Below are positions 30,284-39,491 of a DNA stretch of 64,000 bases, in pieces; positions within the stretch are counted from its first letter, which is position 1; each line of letters begins with the position of its first letter. Position numbers and translations under genes: made by a program. The notes beneath the pieces are model-generated. The model did no database searches. It was not told where the DNA came from and was given only the letters and a program-made list of their open reading frames with translations. Source of the DNA: Dehalococcoidia bacterium (GTDB lineage: Bacteria > Chloroflexota > Dehalococcoidia > Bin125); the NCBI GenBank assembly GCA_963663235.2, contig CAXXNO010000004.1, forward strand, positions 352,001-416,000, in the 5' to 3' direction.

Positions 30284-31102
30284 ATGCGATTGGCCTACCT
30301 GGGCCCGCCGGGGACATATTCCGAGCAGGCGGCGCTGCGCTACGCGCCCGATGCCGAGCTCTTGGCCACGCCGTCCATCACAGCGGCGACCGAAGCGGTC
30401 GAAGCCGAGCGGGCGGATGAGGCGATGGTGCCCATTGAGAACTCCTTGGAGGGGTCGGTCACGGAGACGCTGGATCTGCTGATCCACCGGCTGACGTTGC
30501 GGATCCGTCGCGAGATCGTGCTGCCGATCGAGCATTGCCTCGTCGCGCCGGCGGGGACGGCGATCGAGGCGGTGGAGGCCGTCTACTCGCATCCCCAGGC
30601 GCTGGCGCAGTGCCGCGCGTACCTCACGCGCGAATTGCCTCAGGCGCAGCCGGTGGCGGCGATCTCTACCGCGGAGGCGGTGGAGGCGGTGATGGGCCGC
30701 GCGAACGCGGCGGCGATCGCGCCGCGCCGCGCCGCCGAACTCTACGGCGCGGCCGTGCTGGCCGAGGGCATCGCCGACGATGCGCGCAACCGCACTCGCT
30801 TTGTAGCGTTGGCGCGGGAAGACGCGCCCCCGACCGGCGACGACAAGACGTCGCTGGCGCTCAGTGTGCGGGACCGTCCCGGGGCCTTGGTCGCGATCTT
30901 GCAGGTATTCGCCGCCGCGGCGATCAACCTGACCAAGATCGAGTCGCGCCCGGCGCGGGAGGACTTGGGGGTGTACGTGTTCCTCCTGGACCTGCAGGGA
31001 CACCGCCGGGACCCAGCGGTTGAGGCGGTGCTGGAGCAGGTGCGCCAGGAGAGCACGATGCTGAAGATCTTCGGCTCCTATCCGCGCTTCCGCGAAGCGT
31101 AA
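30284..31102 (+). CDS. pheA: prephenate dehydratase
   Basis: AYLGPPGTYSEQA, PIENSLEG, SHPQALAQC, NRTRF, INLTKIESRP; alternative start 30272. Confidence 0.96.
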   Translation: MRLAYLGPPGTYSEQAALRYAPDAELLATPSITAATEAVEAERADEAMVPIENSLEGSVTETLDLLIHRLTLRIRREIVLPIEHCLVAPAGTAIEAVEAVYSHPQALAQCRAYLTRELPQAQPVAAISTAEAVEAVMGRANAAAIAPRRAAELYGAAVLAEGIADDARNRTRFVALAREDAPPTGDDKTSLALSVRDRPGALVAILQVFAAAAINLTKIESRPAREDLGVYVFLLDLQGHRRDPAVEAVLEQVRQESTMLKIFGSYPRFREA

Positions 31103-31105
31103 GCG

Positions 31106-31915
31106 ATGCCCGAGATCCCCGACTTGGAGGCCGCGCGGGCGCTGCTCAACCGCGACGTCTCCGGCCTGCGCATCGAGCGGGTGGACGTGCCCCGGCCGAT
31201 CGTGGTGCGGGCAGTGCCGGAGTCGTTCCGGGCGCGATTGGAAGGCGCGGCGCTGGGCGAGGTCCGGCGCGCCGGAAAGTTCCTGCTGTTCGCGCTCTCA
31301 ACCGGTGACGTGCTGGTGGTGAACCCGATGCTCACGGGGCGGTTTGCGCTTGTCGAGGCGGAGCGGCGCCGGCCGGCGCGACTCTGCTTTGCGCTGGCGC
31401 TGTCGGACGGGCGCGAGCTGCGCTACATCGACGAGCGTTTCATGGGCAAGGTCTACCTGACGGAATCGGACCACGTGGACCAGGTGCCGCTGTTTGCGGA
31501 GATGGGGCCGGACGCCCTGGACCCCACCCTCACAGAGGAGATCTTCTTGGAGCGGCTGCGGGCCTTCCGCGGCCAGGTCAAGAACGTGCTGGTCAACCAC
31601 AAATTCGTGGCGGGGATCGGCAACGCCTATGCGGACGAGATCCTCTTCGTGGCGGGGATCCATCCGTTTACCAAGGTGCGGGAGTTGGGCGAGGAGCGTC
31701 GGCGGTGTCTTTATGGGGCGCTGCGCGAGGTGCTCGACTGGGCCCTGCCCATGGTGCGTGAACGGATGGGCAACGCGCTGGACGAGAAGCCGCGCGACTT
31801 CCTGCGGGTTCATCGCAAGGGGGGAGAGGCGTGCCCTCAGTGCGGCGCGCCCATCTCCGAGGTGAGCCCGAACAAGCGGATCACCTCGTTCTGCCGTCGC
31901 TGCCAGCCCGGCTAG
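31106..31915 (+). CDS. Fpg/Nei family DNA glycosylase
   Basis: N-terminal PEIPD, RRAGKFL, H2TH AGIGNAYADEIL, C-terminal CPQC...CRRCQ zinc finger. Confidence 0.92.
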   Translation: MPEIPDLEAARALLNRDVSGLRIERVDVPRPIVVRAVPESFRARLEGAALGEVRRAGKFLLFALSTGDVLVVNPMLTGRFALVEAERRRPARLCFALALSDGRELRYIDERFMGKVYLTESDHVDQVPLFAEMGPDALDPTLTEEIFLERLRAFRGQVKNVLVNHKFVAGIGNAYADEILFVAGIHPFTKVRELGEERRRCLYGALREVLDWALPMVRERMGNALDEKPRDFLRVHRKGGEACPQCGAPISEVSPNKRITSFCRRCQPG

Positions 31916-32466
31916 TCGCGGGCCGGGAGGCGGAGGCGGGCCAACTCCCGCTCGGCGCCGCGGAAGAAGGTGCGCCAGCTGGGGCGGCGCTCCAAGTGCG
32001 GCCGCAAGATCGAGTGGAGGCTGGCGCGGGGCCGGACCGGCTTGCGGCGCAGCCGCATGTGGGCCTCGATGGGCGTGCGCCCGGCCTTCAAATGGTTGCA
32101 GCGCCGGCAGGCCGCGACGAGGTTCTCCCAGCTATGGTCGCCGCCGCGGCGGCGCGGCACCACGTGGTCCAGCGTGAGGTCGTGGGTGCGGGCGCCGCAG
32201 TACTGACAGGTGAACGCGTCGCGGGCGAAGACTTCCTCACGGCAGAGGCGCGCGCAGGGGCGCGGCCGGCGAATGAAGTACAACATGCGAATCACACTGG
32301 GGACGTGGAAGGCGCGGGCGACGGTGCGCAGCAAGAGGCTCTCCGCCTCTTCCACCACCTCCGCTTTGCCTCCGGTGACGAGCACAATGGCCCGGCGGGC
32401 GTTGCAGACGTTGAGCGGCTCATAGTTCTGGTTCAGCACCAGCACGGACGCACTCGCCGAGGACAC
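31912..32466 (-). CDS. HNH endonuclease (McrA-like housekeeping family)
   Basis: VLVLNQNYEPL, RD.FTCQYCG, TLDHVVPR..GG..WENLVAAC..CN..K. Confidence 0.92.
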   Translation of the reverse strand: MSSASASVLVLNQNYEPLNVCNARRAIVLVTGGKAEVVEEAESLLLRTVARAFHVPSVIRMLYFIRRPRPCARLCREEVFARDAFTCQYCGARTHDLTLDHVVPRRRGGDHSWENLVAACRRCNHLKAGRTPIEAHMRLRRKPVRPRASLHSILRPHLERRPSWRTFFRGAERELARLRLPARD

Positions 32467-32566
32467 CGCTGACTGTCACTCCCTCCCGCGCCGCCGCGCT
32501 GCGGCCACGGCTCATCGCTGCAAGGGCGATCCTACCAAACCGCCCCTGCGCGTGGCGCGCCGCGCG

Positions 32567-33067
32567 TCAGGCCGTGAACTCGGTGAGGGCTCGATCGAAC
32601 TCGCCGGGCAGAAGCGCGCGGACGAAGGGGGCGGTGTCCAAGAAGAAGGATCCGATCGCGGAGCCTTCGATCACCTGATCCATCCCCAGCGCCGGCTGCG
32701 CGATGAAAATGATCGTCAGCGCCTGAACGACCAGGACCGCCTTGAGAAAGCCGAAGACGGCGCCTCCCGCCCGATCGGCCCAGCCGAGGAGGAGCAGTTC
32801 CGAGCCGGCGTGGAGGAAACGCCCCGCCACCACCCCCGCGATCGCCACCACGGCGAAGATCGCGACAAAGGCAATGATGCGCAGCGCCGTTTCGTCCTCC
32901 GTGAAGACGGTGAGATTCGCGGCCAAGTCATCGTGCAACAGGCCGGCCAGCACAATTGCGGCCACGACCGCGACGAGGCCGACCGTTTCGCGGATGAAGC
33001 CGCTGAGGAAGGCGGTGAGCGTGAACCAGGCCATCAGGCCCAGGATGACGAAATCCAGCCAGTTCAT
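32567..33067 (-). CDS. CvpA family membrane protein
   Basis: MNWLDFVIL, SGFIRE, DRAGGAVFGFLK. Confidence 0.88.
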   Translation of the reverse strand: MNWLDFVILGLMAWFTLTAFLSGFIRETVGLVAVVAAIVLAGLLHDDLAANLTVFTEDETALRIIAFVAIFAVVAIAGVVAGRFLHAGSELLLLGWADRAGGAVFGFLKAVLVVQALTIIFIAQPALGMDQVIEGSAIGSFFLDTAPFVRALLPGEFDRALTEFTA

Positions 33068-33163
33068 GGACTCGGTCGCCTCAACCCCGCCGCCGTACTC
33101 TACCATTGGGTGCCCGTAGCCCCTATCCACGCCACATCCAGGCCGAGGCGTGCGCGGGAGGGC

Positions 33164-33946
33164 GTGGGGGAAGGCGAGCCGAGCATCAACCGCGCGGCGC
33201 TGGGCCGGTTACTGGATGAGGTGGCCGCCGGCGAGATCTCGCCGCGGGAGGCCCAGGAACGGCTGCGCGATCTGCCGTACGAGGACCTGGGCTTCGCCAA
33301 GCTGGACCATCATCGGGCGCTTCGGGACGGTTTGCCGGAGGTCGTGCTGGCCAGCGGCAAGACGGCCGCCGAGTGCGCGCGGCTGGCCGAGCGCATCGTG
33401 GCGCACGGGGACCGGCTGCTGGTCACCCGTGCCGACCCCGAGCAGGCGGCCGCCATTGTGGCGGCCGTGCCGCAGGCCCGCTACCACGAGCGGGCTCGTT
33501 GCGTGGCCTGGCGGGAGGAGCCGTCACGCGAGGAGCCGGGCGTCCTGGTGTGCAGCGGCGGAAGCGCCGATCTTCCCGTGGCGGAAGAGGCGGCGCTGAC
33601 GGCGTCGATGATGGACTGCGCGCCCGATCGCCTGTACGACGTGGGCGTCGCGGGGCTGCATCGTCTGCTGGACCATCTAGAGCGGTTGCACGCCGCGGCC
33701 GTGATCGTCGTCGTGGCGGGGATGGACGCCGCGCTGCCCAGCGTGGTGGCGGGGCTCACGGCGGTCCCGGTGGTCGCGGTGCCGACGTCGGTGGGGTACG
33801 GGGCGGCGTTTGAGGGGCTCGCTCCGCTCCTGGCGATGCTGAACGCCTGCGCGCCGGGCGTGGCGGTGGTGAACATCGACAACGGCTTCGGGGCCGGTTA
33901 CCTGGCTGGGACGATCGCCCGGAGCGCGGCCCGAGCCGAGCGGTGA
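33164..33946 (+). CDS. larB: nickel-pincer cofactor biosynthesis protein LarB
   Basis: DLGFAKLDHHR, PEVV..GKT, DVGVAGLHRL, VAGMD, PTSVGYG, VVNIDNGFGA; start uncertain. Confidence 0.93.
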   Translation: MGEGEPSINRAALGRLLDEVAAGEISPREAQERLRDLPYEDLGFAKLDHHRALRDGLPEVVLASGKTAAECARLAERIVAHGDRLLVTRADPEQAAAIVAAVPQARYHERARCVAWREEPSREEPGVLVCSGGSADLPVAEEAALTASMMDCAPDRLYDVGVAGLHRLLDHLERLHAAAVIVVVAGMDAALPSVVAGLTAVPVVAVPTSVGYGAAFEGLAPLLAMLNACAPGVAVVNIDNGFGAGYLAGTIARSAARAER

Positions 33947-35148
33947 GCCGCCTCGCCTACTTCGACTGCGTGAGCGGAGTCAGCGGCGACATGCTGCTGG
34001 GAGCGCTGGTCGACGCCGGCGCGCCCTTGGCCGAGATCGAAGCGGTGTTGCGCACGCTGCCGCTCAGCGGGTGGTCGTTGCGGGCGGAAGCGGTGCAACG
34101 GGGCGGGCTGCGGGCGCTGCGGGTGCACGTCGACTGTGGGGAGGGGCCGCCCGAACCCGAGCGGCGGCTGGCCCAAATCGAGCAGATCGTGCGGGAGGGA
34201 TCGCTGCCGGCTGGCGTGGCCGATCGGGCGTCGGCCGTCTTTCGCCGTCTGGCGGAGGCGGAGGCGCGGGCGCACGGATCGGAGGCGGAGACGGTCGCAT
34301 TCCATGCGGTCGGCGCGGCCGACGCGATCGTGGACGTCGTGGGGGTGCTGGCCGCGCTGCGGCTGCTGGACATCGAGGCGGTGTACGCGTCGGCGCTGCC
34401 GCTGGCGGCGATGGGGGAGACGGAGAGCGGGCATGGCCCGGCGCCGCTGCCCGCCCAGGCGACGCTGGAGTTGCTGCGGGCGGCAGGCGCGCCTCTGCGC
34501 GCCGCGGCGGGCGCGGATCACTGGGAGTTGGTGACGCCCACCGGAGCGGCCCTGGTGGCGGAGCTGGCCCGGTTCGAGCGGCCCGCGCTGCGCCTGGAGC
34601 GGATCGGGATGGGGGCGGGCGCGCGCGAGTTGCCGCACCGGCCCAACGTGCTCCGCGTCTGGCTGGGCGAGGCCACCGACGTGGACGCGGGCGCCGGCGT
34701 GCGCCCGGTCACGGTGCTGGAGACGACGCTGGACGACATGACGGCGGAGCAAGTGGCGTTCGCGCGCGACCGGATTGTGGCGGGCGGCGCGCTGGACGTC
34801 TGGATCACCGCCACGCAGATGAAGAAGGGGCGCGCGGGTTTGCACCTGACCGTGATCGGGCGGCCCGAAGACGAAGGCGTCTTGGCGCGGCTCTTGCTGC
34901 GCGAGACATCGACGCTGGGGGTGCGGGTCCGGGACGAGCGCCGCTACGAGGCGGAGCGGGAAAGCCGGCGCTTCGAGTCGTCGCTGGGGCCGGTGGCGGT
35001 GAAGCTGAAGCGGCTGCCCGGCGAGCCGCCCCAAGTGGCGCCGGAGTTCGAGTCCTGCCGCGCGCTGGCCGAGCGGCACCGGCTGCCGATCGCCCGCGTT
35101 TTCGCGCTGGTCCAGCGCGAAGCGGAGGAGCGGCTGGACCTGGGCTGA
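33943..35148 (+). CDS. larC: nickel-pincer cofactor biosynthesis protein LarC
   Basis: YFDCVSGVSGDMLLGAL, ELVTPTGAA, LETTLDD, QMKKGR, ETSTLGVR, PEFESC; GTGA overlap with larB. Confidence 0.92.
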   Translation: MSRLAYFDCVSGVSGDMLLGALVDAGAPLAEIEAVLRTLPLSGWSLRAEAVQRGGLRALRVHVDCGEGPPEPERRLAQIEQIVREGSLPAGVADRASAVFRRLAEAEARAHGSEAETVAFHAVGAADAIVDVVGVLAALRLLDIEAVYASALPLAAMGETESGHGPAPLPAQATLELLRAAGAPLRAAAGADHWELVTPTGAALVAELARFERPALRLERIGMGAGARELPHRPNVLRVWLGEATDVDAGAGVRPVTVLETTLDDMTAEQVAFARDRIVAGGALDVWITATQMKKGRAGLHLTVIGRPEDEGVLARLLLRETSTLGVRVRDERRYEAERESRRFESSLGPVAVKLKRLPGEPPQVAPEFESCRALAERHRLPIARVFALVQREAEERLDLG

Positions 35149-35243
35149 GCGGTCGCCTCCCGATGGCGCAGGCGGCTGTTGCCCCGCGGCGAGCGATACG
35201 GCATCGCCGAACGTCTGCGTCCGGCGACGGATGGTGCCGGCGC

Positions 35244-35279
35244 ACGGTGAACTCGACGGTGATCTCGACGGCGATCTAA
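35244..35279. repeat. 12-nt imperfect direct repeat x3 between convergent larC and radC
   Basis: acggtgaactcg acggtgatctcg acggcgatctaa. Confidence 0.55.
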
Positions 35280-35998
35280 GAGTTGGCAGGCGGCTCCAGG
35301 AGCCCCTCTGCGCGGAGCGAGGCGTGCCGCCCGCCGGAGCCCACCACGATGTGGTCGAGGACATCGACGTCCAGCAGCCGGCCGGCCGCCACCAGGGCGT
35401 GGGTCATCTCTACGTCGTCGGGTGAAGGTGTGGGGTCGCCGGAGGGGTGGTTGTGCACGGCGAGGATCGCCGGGCAGTTGCGGCGCACGGCCTCGCGTAG
35501 GATCTCCGCGACCCGGACCGGCGAGGAGCGAATACTGCCCCGGTAGACCGTGTTGACGGCGGTTACCTGGTTCTTCGTCGTCAGCAAGAAGACGCGCAGC
35601 TCTTCTTGCTCCAGCAAGGCCATCTCCGCGCCCACGAGAGCGAGGACGTCGTCCGGGCCGCTGATGGTGGGTCGATCTTCGGGCTGGAGCGCCCCGAGGC
35701 GCAGTCCGATCTCCAGCGCGGCCTTGATCTGCGCCGCCTTGGCGTTGCCCAAGGCGCGCTCCTGCGCTAGTTCGGCGGGCGCGGCGTTGTGCAGGCCGGC
35801 CAGGCCCCGCTGCGCCAGCAAGCGCGCGGCGACGTCCAGTGCGCTTTCGTCGCGGGTACCGGTGCGCAGGAGGATGGCCAGCAGCTCGGCGTTGGAGAGG
35901 GCGCCGGCGCCGGCGTGGAAGAGACGCTCGCGGGGGCGTTCATTCTGGGGCAAGTCCCGGATGCGGACGTGATAACTGGGCGGTTCCGGGGTGGTCAC
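35276..35998 (-). CDS. radC: RadC (JAB/JAMM domain) protein
   Basis: ERPRERL, LSNAELLAILLRTG, QEE, HNHPSGDPTPSPDD, LDHIVV; GTG 35998 overlaps the upstream stop. Confidence 0.95.
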   Translation of the reverse strand: MTTPEPPSYHVRIRDLPQNERPRERLFHAGAGALSNAELLAILLRTGTRDESALDVAARLLAQRGLAGLHNAAPAELAQERALGNAKAAQIKAALEIGLRLGALQPEDRPTISGPDDVLALVGAEMALLEQEELRVFLLTTKNQVTAVNTVYRGSIRSSPVRVAEILREAVRRNCPAILAVHNHPSGDPTPSPDDVEMTHALVAAGRLLDVDVLDHIVVGSGGRHASLRAEGLLEPPANS

Positions 35999-36684
35999 GG
36001 CGTCCGGCCGGGGCGGTCGTCGGGCTCGTGCTCTACGGGGCGCCGAAAGCTCGGCGGCGCCACGTCCGGAGCGCGGGCCGGCCACAGAGGTTCGTCCGGC
36101 GGCGGGGGCGGTCCCGGGGGTGTTCTCGGCCACCCCGACTCTGCCGACGGGGGCTCTGCCGACGGGAGCTCTATCGGCGGGAACTCCGCGGACGAGGGCT
36201 GCTCCGCCGGTGGGGGCTCCTCCGCCGGGGGCGGGAGGGGGATCTCACTAGGGGTCAGGGCTCGCCAGTCCACCACCGTGTTCGAGTAGGGGTAGTGGAG
36301 AAGGTCGATCCAGCCATCGACGTCGGGCATGGCGCGATAGGTCGCCTTGGGGACGCGGAAGATGCGCTGGTGCACCAGGACGTAGTGGCCGGGGAAGAGG
36401 AAGAAGAGGTCCGACTTGGACCACTTCCGGTCGATGGCGCCGCGTGTCCCTATGGGAATGGCGAAGAGATCGCGGAGGGCCTGGAGGGACGAAAAAGCCA
36501 GGAGGAGCGCGATCAGCCCGGTCAGCACGGCAACGATCCACACCTCCGTATTTCCCTCTAGGGCGCGGATGAGATTGAAGGCGGTGAGCGCCGTGAGGAG
36601 GACGAAGGGCGGCGTCCAGATCAGCGCGCTGCGCAGAAGCGCGCGCCGCGCGCGGCGCTCGTTGGCGCCGTCGTCCTGGATCAT
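35995..36684 (-). CDS. hypothetical 2-TM membrane protein with Pro/Glu-rich tail
   Basis: ATGA-coupled to the LysM gene; two hydrophobic helices, a small soluble domain, then EPPPA/EQPSS/EFPPI/ELPSA/EPPSA units. Confidence 0.75.
   Translation of the reverse strand: MIQDDGANERRARRALLRSALIWTPPFVLLTALTAFNLIRALEGNTEVWIVAVLTGLIALLLAFSSLQALRDLFAIPIGTRGAIDRKWSKSDLFFLFPGHYVLVHQRIFRVPKATYRAMPDVDGWIDLLHYPYSNTVVDWRALTPSEIPLPPPAEEPPPAEQPSSAEFPPIELPSAEPPSAESGWPRTPPGPPPPPDEPLWPARAPDVAPPSFRRPVEHEPDDRPGRTP
36137..36230 (-). repeat. degenerate 15-nt tandem repeat in the membrane-protein tail
   Basis: ctctgccgacggggg / ctctgccgacgggag / ctctatcggcgggaa / ctccgcggacgaggg. Confidence 0.6.
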
Positions 36685-37178
36685 TCGTCGAACTGTGGGA
36701 CCAGGACTTCCTGTCCCACGTCGATGCGGGTGCCGTCGCCGAGGGAGGGGTTGAAGCGGAGGATGTCGTCCACGCTGACGCCGTAGACCACGCTGATATC
36801 GAAGAGCGTGTCCCCCGGCTGCACGATGAAGCGGACGAAGGAGTCGGCCCCCTCGGGCTCCGCCGGCTGGGGCGGGCCGGGGAGTTGGACGGCGGGCTCG
36901 GAGGTCGATTGGGGGGTTCCGCCCACCGGCGGCGCTCCGCCCGGCAGGACCTCTGGGGCCGGGCCGGTGATCCGGGCCTCCACCGCGGCGGGCGGGGCCG
37001 GGGGGGCGTCCTCCGGGGAGAGCGTGGTCCACAGTCCCACGACAATGCCGGTGGTGGCGGCGACGGCTACCAGGCGACCCAGCCGGGCTCGCGCGTCGGC
37101 GGGCGGCGAGCGTCGTTGGAGCCAGTGACCGGCGGACCTGGCAACCGATCGCCTGATGAAGGGTGTTCGCGTGGCCAT
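36681..37178 (-). CDS. membrane-anchored LysM domain protein
   Basis: One TM helix, Pro-rich linker, VQPGDTLFDISVVYGVSVDDILRFNP...GQEVLVP. Confidence 0.88.
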   Translation of the reverse strand: MATRTPFIRRSVARSAGHWLQRRSPPADARARLGRLVAVAATTGIVVGLWTTLSPEDAPPAPPAAVEARITGPAPEVLPGGAPPVGGTPQSTSEPAVQLPGPPQPAEPEGADSFVRFIVQPGDTLFDISVVYGVSVDDILRFNPSLGDGTRIDVGQEVLVPQFDE

Positions 37179-37212
37179 GCGCCGGGGCCCTTCCTTTACG
37201 CGGAACGCCACG

Positions 37213-37596
37213 CTACTGGATCTCGACGGTTGCGCCCGCCTCTTCCAGCTTCGTCTTGATCTGTTCGGCCTCTTCCTTGCCGATCTCTTCCTTCACAGGC
37301 TTCGGCGCGCTCTCGACGAACTCCTTGGCCTCTCGTAGGCCCAGGCTGGTGAGCTCACGCACCGTCTTGATCACATTGATCTTATTGGCGCCGAAGTCCT
37401 TGAGCACCACCGAAAATTCGGTCTGCTCCTCCTCCGCCGCGTCGGCCGCCCCGCCCGCGGCCGCGGGGGCGGCGGCCACCGCGACGGGCGCGGCGGCGCT
37501 GACGCCGAACTCTTCCTCGATCTTCTTGACCAGGTCTCGGGCCTCCAGGAGGGTCATGCCCTGGATCAGATCGAACGCTTCATTAACTTTCGTCAT
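37213..37596 (-). CDS. rplL: 50S ribosomal protein L7/L12
   Basis: [39 protein letters not shown]. Confidence 0.98.
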   Translation of the reverse strand: MTKVNEAFDLIQGMTLLEARDLVKKIEEEFGVSAAAPVAVAAAPAAAGGAADAAEEEQTEFSVVLKDFGANKINVIKTVRELTSLGLREAKEFVESAPKPVKEEIGKEEAEQIKTKLEEAGATVEIQ

Positions 37597-38152
37597 GGCC
37601 TGCTCCTTCGGTTGCCGGTGTCGCGGTCGTTTCGAGTTGGGCGGCGCGCGCTTCCACGCCGGCGGCCAGTTGCCGGAGTACGGCGGAGATCGCCGATGCC
37701 AGCCCGCTGATTGGGTTGCTGATGCCTCCGGCGAGCGTGGCCATCAATTGCCCGCGGCCGGGCAGCGTGGCGAGATCGGCGACCTGCTCCGAACTGAGGA
37801 CGGTGCTGTCCGACACGGCGCCGTGGAGGGTGAGCGTGAGCCGATTGGCGCGCAGGTAGTCGGTGATGGCTTTGGGCGGGTTGACGACCTCTTCGTAGCC
37901 AAAGAGGAAGGCCGTGGCCTCCTGCACGATCTCGTTGAGGCCGGGGTTGCCGACGTTGTCGGCGGCGCGCTTGACCATGGAGTTCTTGACGACGCGGAGC
38001 TCCATGGTGGGCTCCTTCTGGCGTAGGGCGAGGCGCAGGTCGCGCATTTGCGCCACGGTCAAGCCGCGATAGTCGAGGCCGATCACGATGACGGCCCGCC
38101 GGAAGCGTTCTTCCAACTCGGCAACCTGCGCGAGCTTGCGCTCCGTGGGCAT
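37583..38152 (-). CDS. rplJ: 50S ribosomal protein L10
   Basis: [29 protein letters not shown]; GGAGG RBS. Confidence 0.96.
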   Translation of the reverse strand: MPTERKLAQVAELEERFRRAVIVIGLDYRGLTVAQMRDLRLALRQKEPTMELRVVKNSMVKRAADNVGNPGLNEIVQEATAFLFGYEEVVNPPKAITDYLRANRLTLTLHGAVSDSTVLSSEQVADLATLPGRGQLMATLAGGISNPISGLASAISAVLRQLAAGVEARAAQLETTATPATEGAGHDES

Positions 38153-38179
38153 GTCCGTCCCCTCCGCGCCGGCGGGGGC

Positions 38180-38330
38180 AAGCGTAACGCCCGCCTCCTC
38201 CGGGATCGGCGGGCGCCAGAGAACGGAGCGATTAGGGGCCGACGGGCCCGTCACGCCGCCCAAACCCGCCTGCGCTGGGGATTGAGGCCCGCGCGCTGTG
38301 CGCAGCGGGCCGCCAGCGGTCTCTGGCGCG
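38180..38330 (-). ncRNA. L10 leader (cis-regulatory RNA)
   Basis: rplA-rplJ spacer with CCAGAGACCGCUGG...CCAGCGCAGG, matching the GAAGAC-GCAGG...CCUGC-GAGG layout of L10 leaders; boundaries approximate. Confidence 0.7.
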
Positions 38331-38337
38331 GCCGCAG

Positions 38338-39051
38338 CTATTCAAGTTTGAGGGCAAGCGTACTCTGCAACTCCAGCTTGACGCTAGGCCCCATGGTGGA
38401 GGTCAGGTGGATGGAGCGGACGTAGGCGCCCTTGCCCCCGGCCGGTTTGGCCTTGACGATTTCGTGGATCACGGTGGAGATGTTATTGACCAGATTCTCC
38501 TGCTCAAAGCTGGCCTTGCCCACTGGGACGTGGATCAGCGCGAGGCGATCCAGCCGGAACTCAACCCGTCCGCGGCGCGCTTCGTCGATAGCGCCGGCGA
38601 GGTCGGCGCTATCGACGACGGTGCCGGCCTTGGGGTTGGGCATGAGCCCCCGCGGCCCGAGGATGCGGCCCAGCTTGCCGACCTTGCCCATCAGATCGCG
38701 CTGGGCGATGGCGACATCGAACTCCGTGAACCCGTCGGTGACGCGCTTGATCAGGTCATCGCTGCCGATGTCGTCGGCGCCGGCTTCCGTGGCGGCGCGG
38801 GCGCCTTCGCCTTCGGCGAAGACCACGATGCGCACCTGCTTGCCCAGGCCGGCCGGGAGGAGGGCGGTGCCGCGCACCTGCTGATCCGCGTGGCGCGGGT
38901 CCAAGCCGGTGCGCACGTGCAACTCCACCGTTTCATCGAACTTGGCGGTGGCATTCTTTTTCACCAAGGCGACGGCGTCCGGGAGGGCGAAGCTCTGGTC
39001 GGCGTCGTAGGCGGCGACCACGGCGCGGTAGCGCTTGCCGTTTGCACTCAT
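38338..39051 (-). CDS. rplA: 50S ribosomal protein L1
   Basis: AKFDETVE, DPRHADQQVRG, LGPRGLMPNPKAGTV, STMGPS. Confidence 0.98.
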   Translation of the reverse strand: MSANGKRYRAVVAAYDADQSFALPDAVALVKKNATAKFDETVELHVRTGLDPRHADQQVRGTALLPAGLGKQVRIVVFAEGEGARAATEAGADDIGSDDLIKRVTDGFTEFDVAIAQRDLMGKVGKLGRILGPRGLMPNPKAGTVVDSADLAGAIDEARRGRVEFRLDRLALIHVPVGKASFEQENLVNNISTVIHEIVKAKPAGGKGAYVRSIHLTSTMGPSVKLELQSTLALKLE

Positions 39052-39055
39052 GAGG

Positions 39056-39481
39056 CTAGTCCTCCACCTCGACACCCATGCTCCGCGCGGTGCCGGCGAT
39101 CATGCGTTCCGCCGCATTCAGGTCGTTGGCGTTGAGATCCGGGAGTTTCTTCTGCGCGATGCGCCGGATGTCGGCGCGGGAGATCTGGCCGACCACTTCT
39201 CGCCGGGGCGTGGCGCTGCCCTTGTCCAGTTGGGCCGCCCGGCGGATGAGGTCGGAGGCCGGTGGGGTGCGGATCGCGAAGGTGAAGGATCGATCTTCGT
39301 AGATGGTGATCTGGGCGGGGATGATCTCGCCGACTTGGCCGCCGGTTCGATCGTTGTAGGCCTTGACGAAGTTCATGATGTTGACGCCGTGCTGGCCCAG
39401 GGCGGGCCCCACGGGCGGCGCGGGGTTGGCCTTGCCGGCCTCGAGCTGGAGGGTGAGGACGGCGCGGATCTTCTTGGCCAC
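39056..39481 (-). CDS. rplK: 50S ribosomal protein L11
   Basis: [29 protein letters not shown]. Confidence 0.98.
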   Translation of the reverse strand: MAKKIRAVLTLQLEAGKANPAPPVGPALGQHGVNIMNFVKAYNDRTGGQVGEIIPAQITIYEDRSFTFAIRTPPASDLIRRAAQLDKGSATPRREVVGQISRADIRRIAQKKLPDLNANDLNAAERMIAGTARSMGVEVED

Positions 39482-39491
39482 GGGCGCGCTC

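Noticed and set aside
31912-32466. HNH endonuclease as a mobile element or defence system
   Set aside because: It matches the widespread standalone VLVLN-type family, has host-like composition and has no methylase, intron or flanking repeats.
32552-33163. Long N-terminal extension of LarB in the ORF track
   Set aside because: It is antisense to the CvpA gene; LarB similarity begins near 33164-33190.
35276-35998. radC as a marker of an integrative element
   Set aside because: It is the full-length chromosomal type with the N-terminal PRERL region; no integrase or att repeat is nearby.
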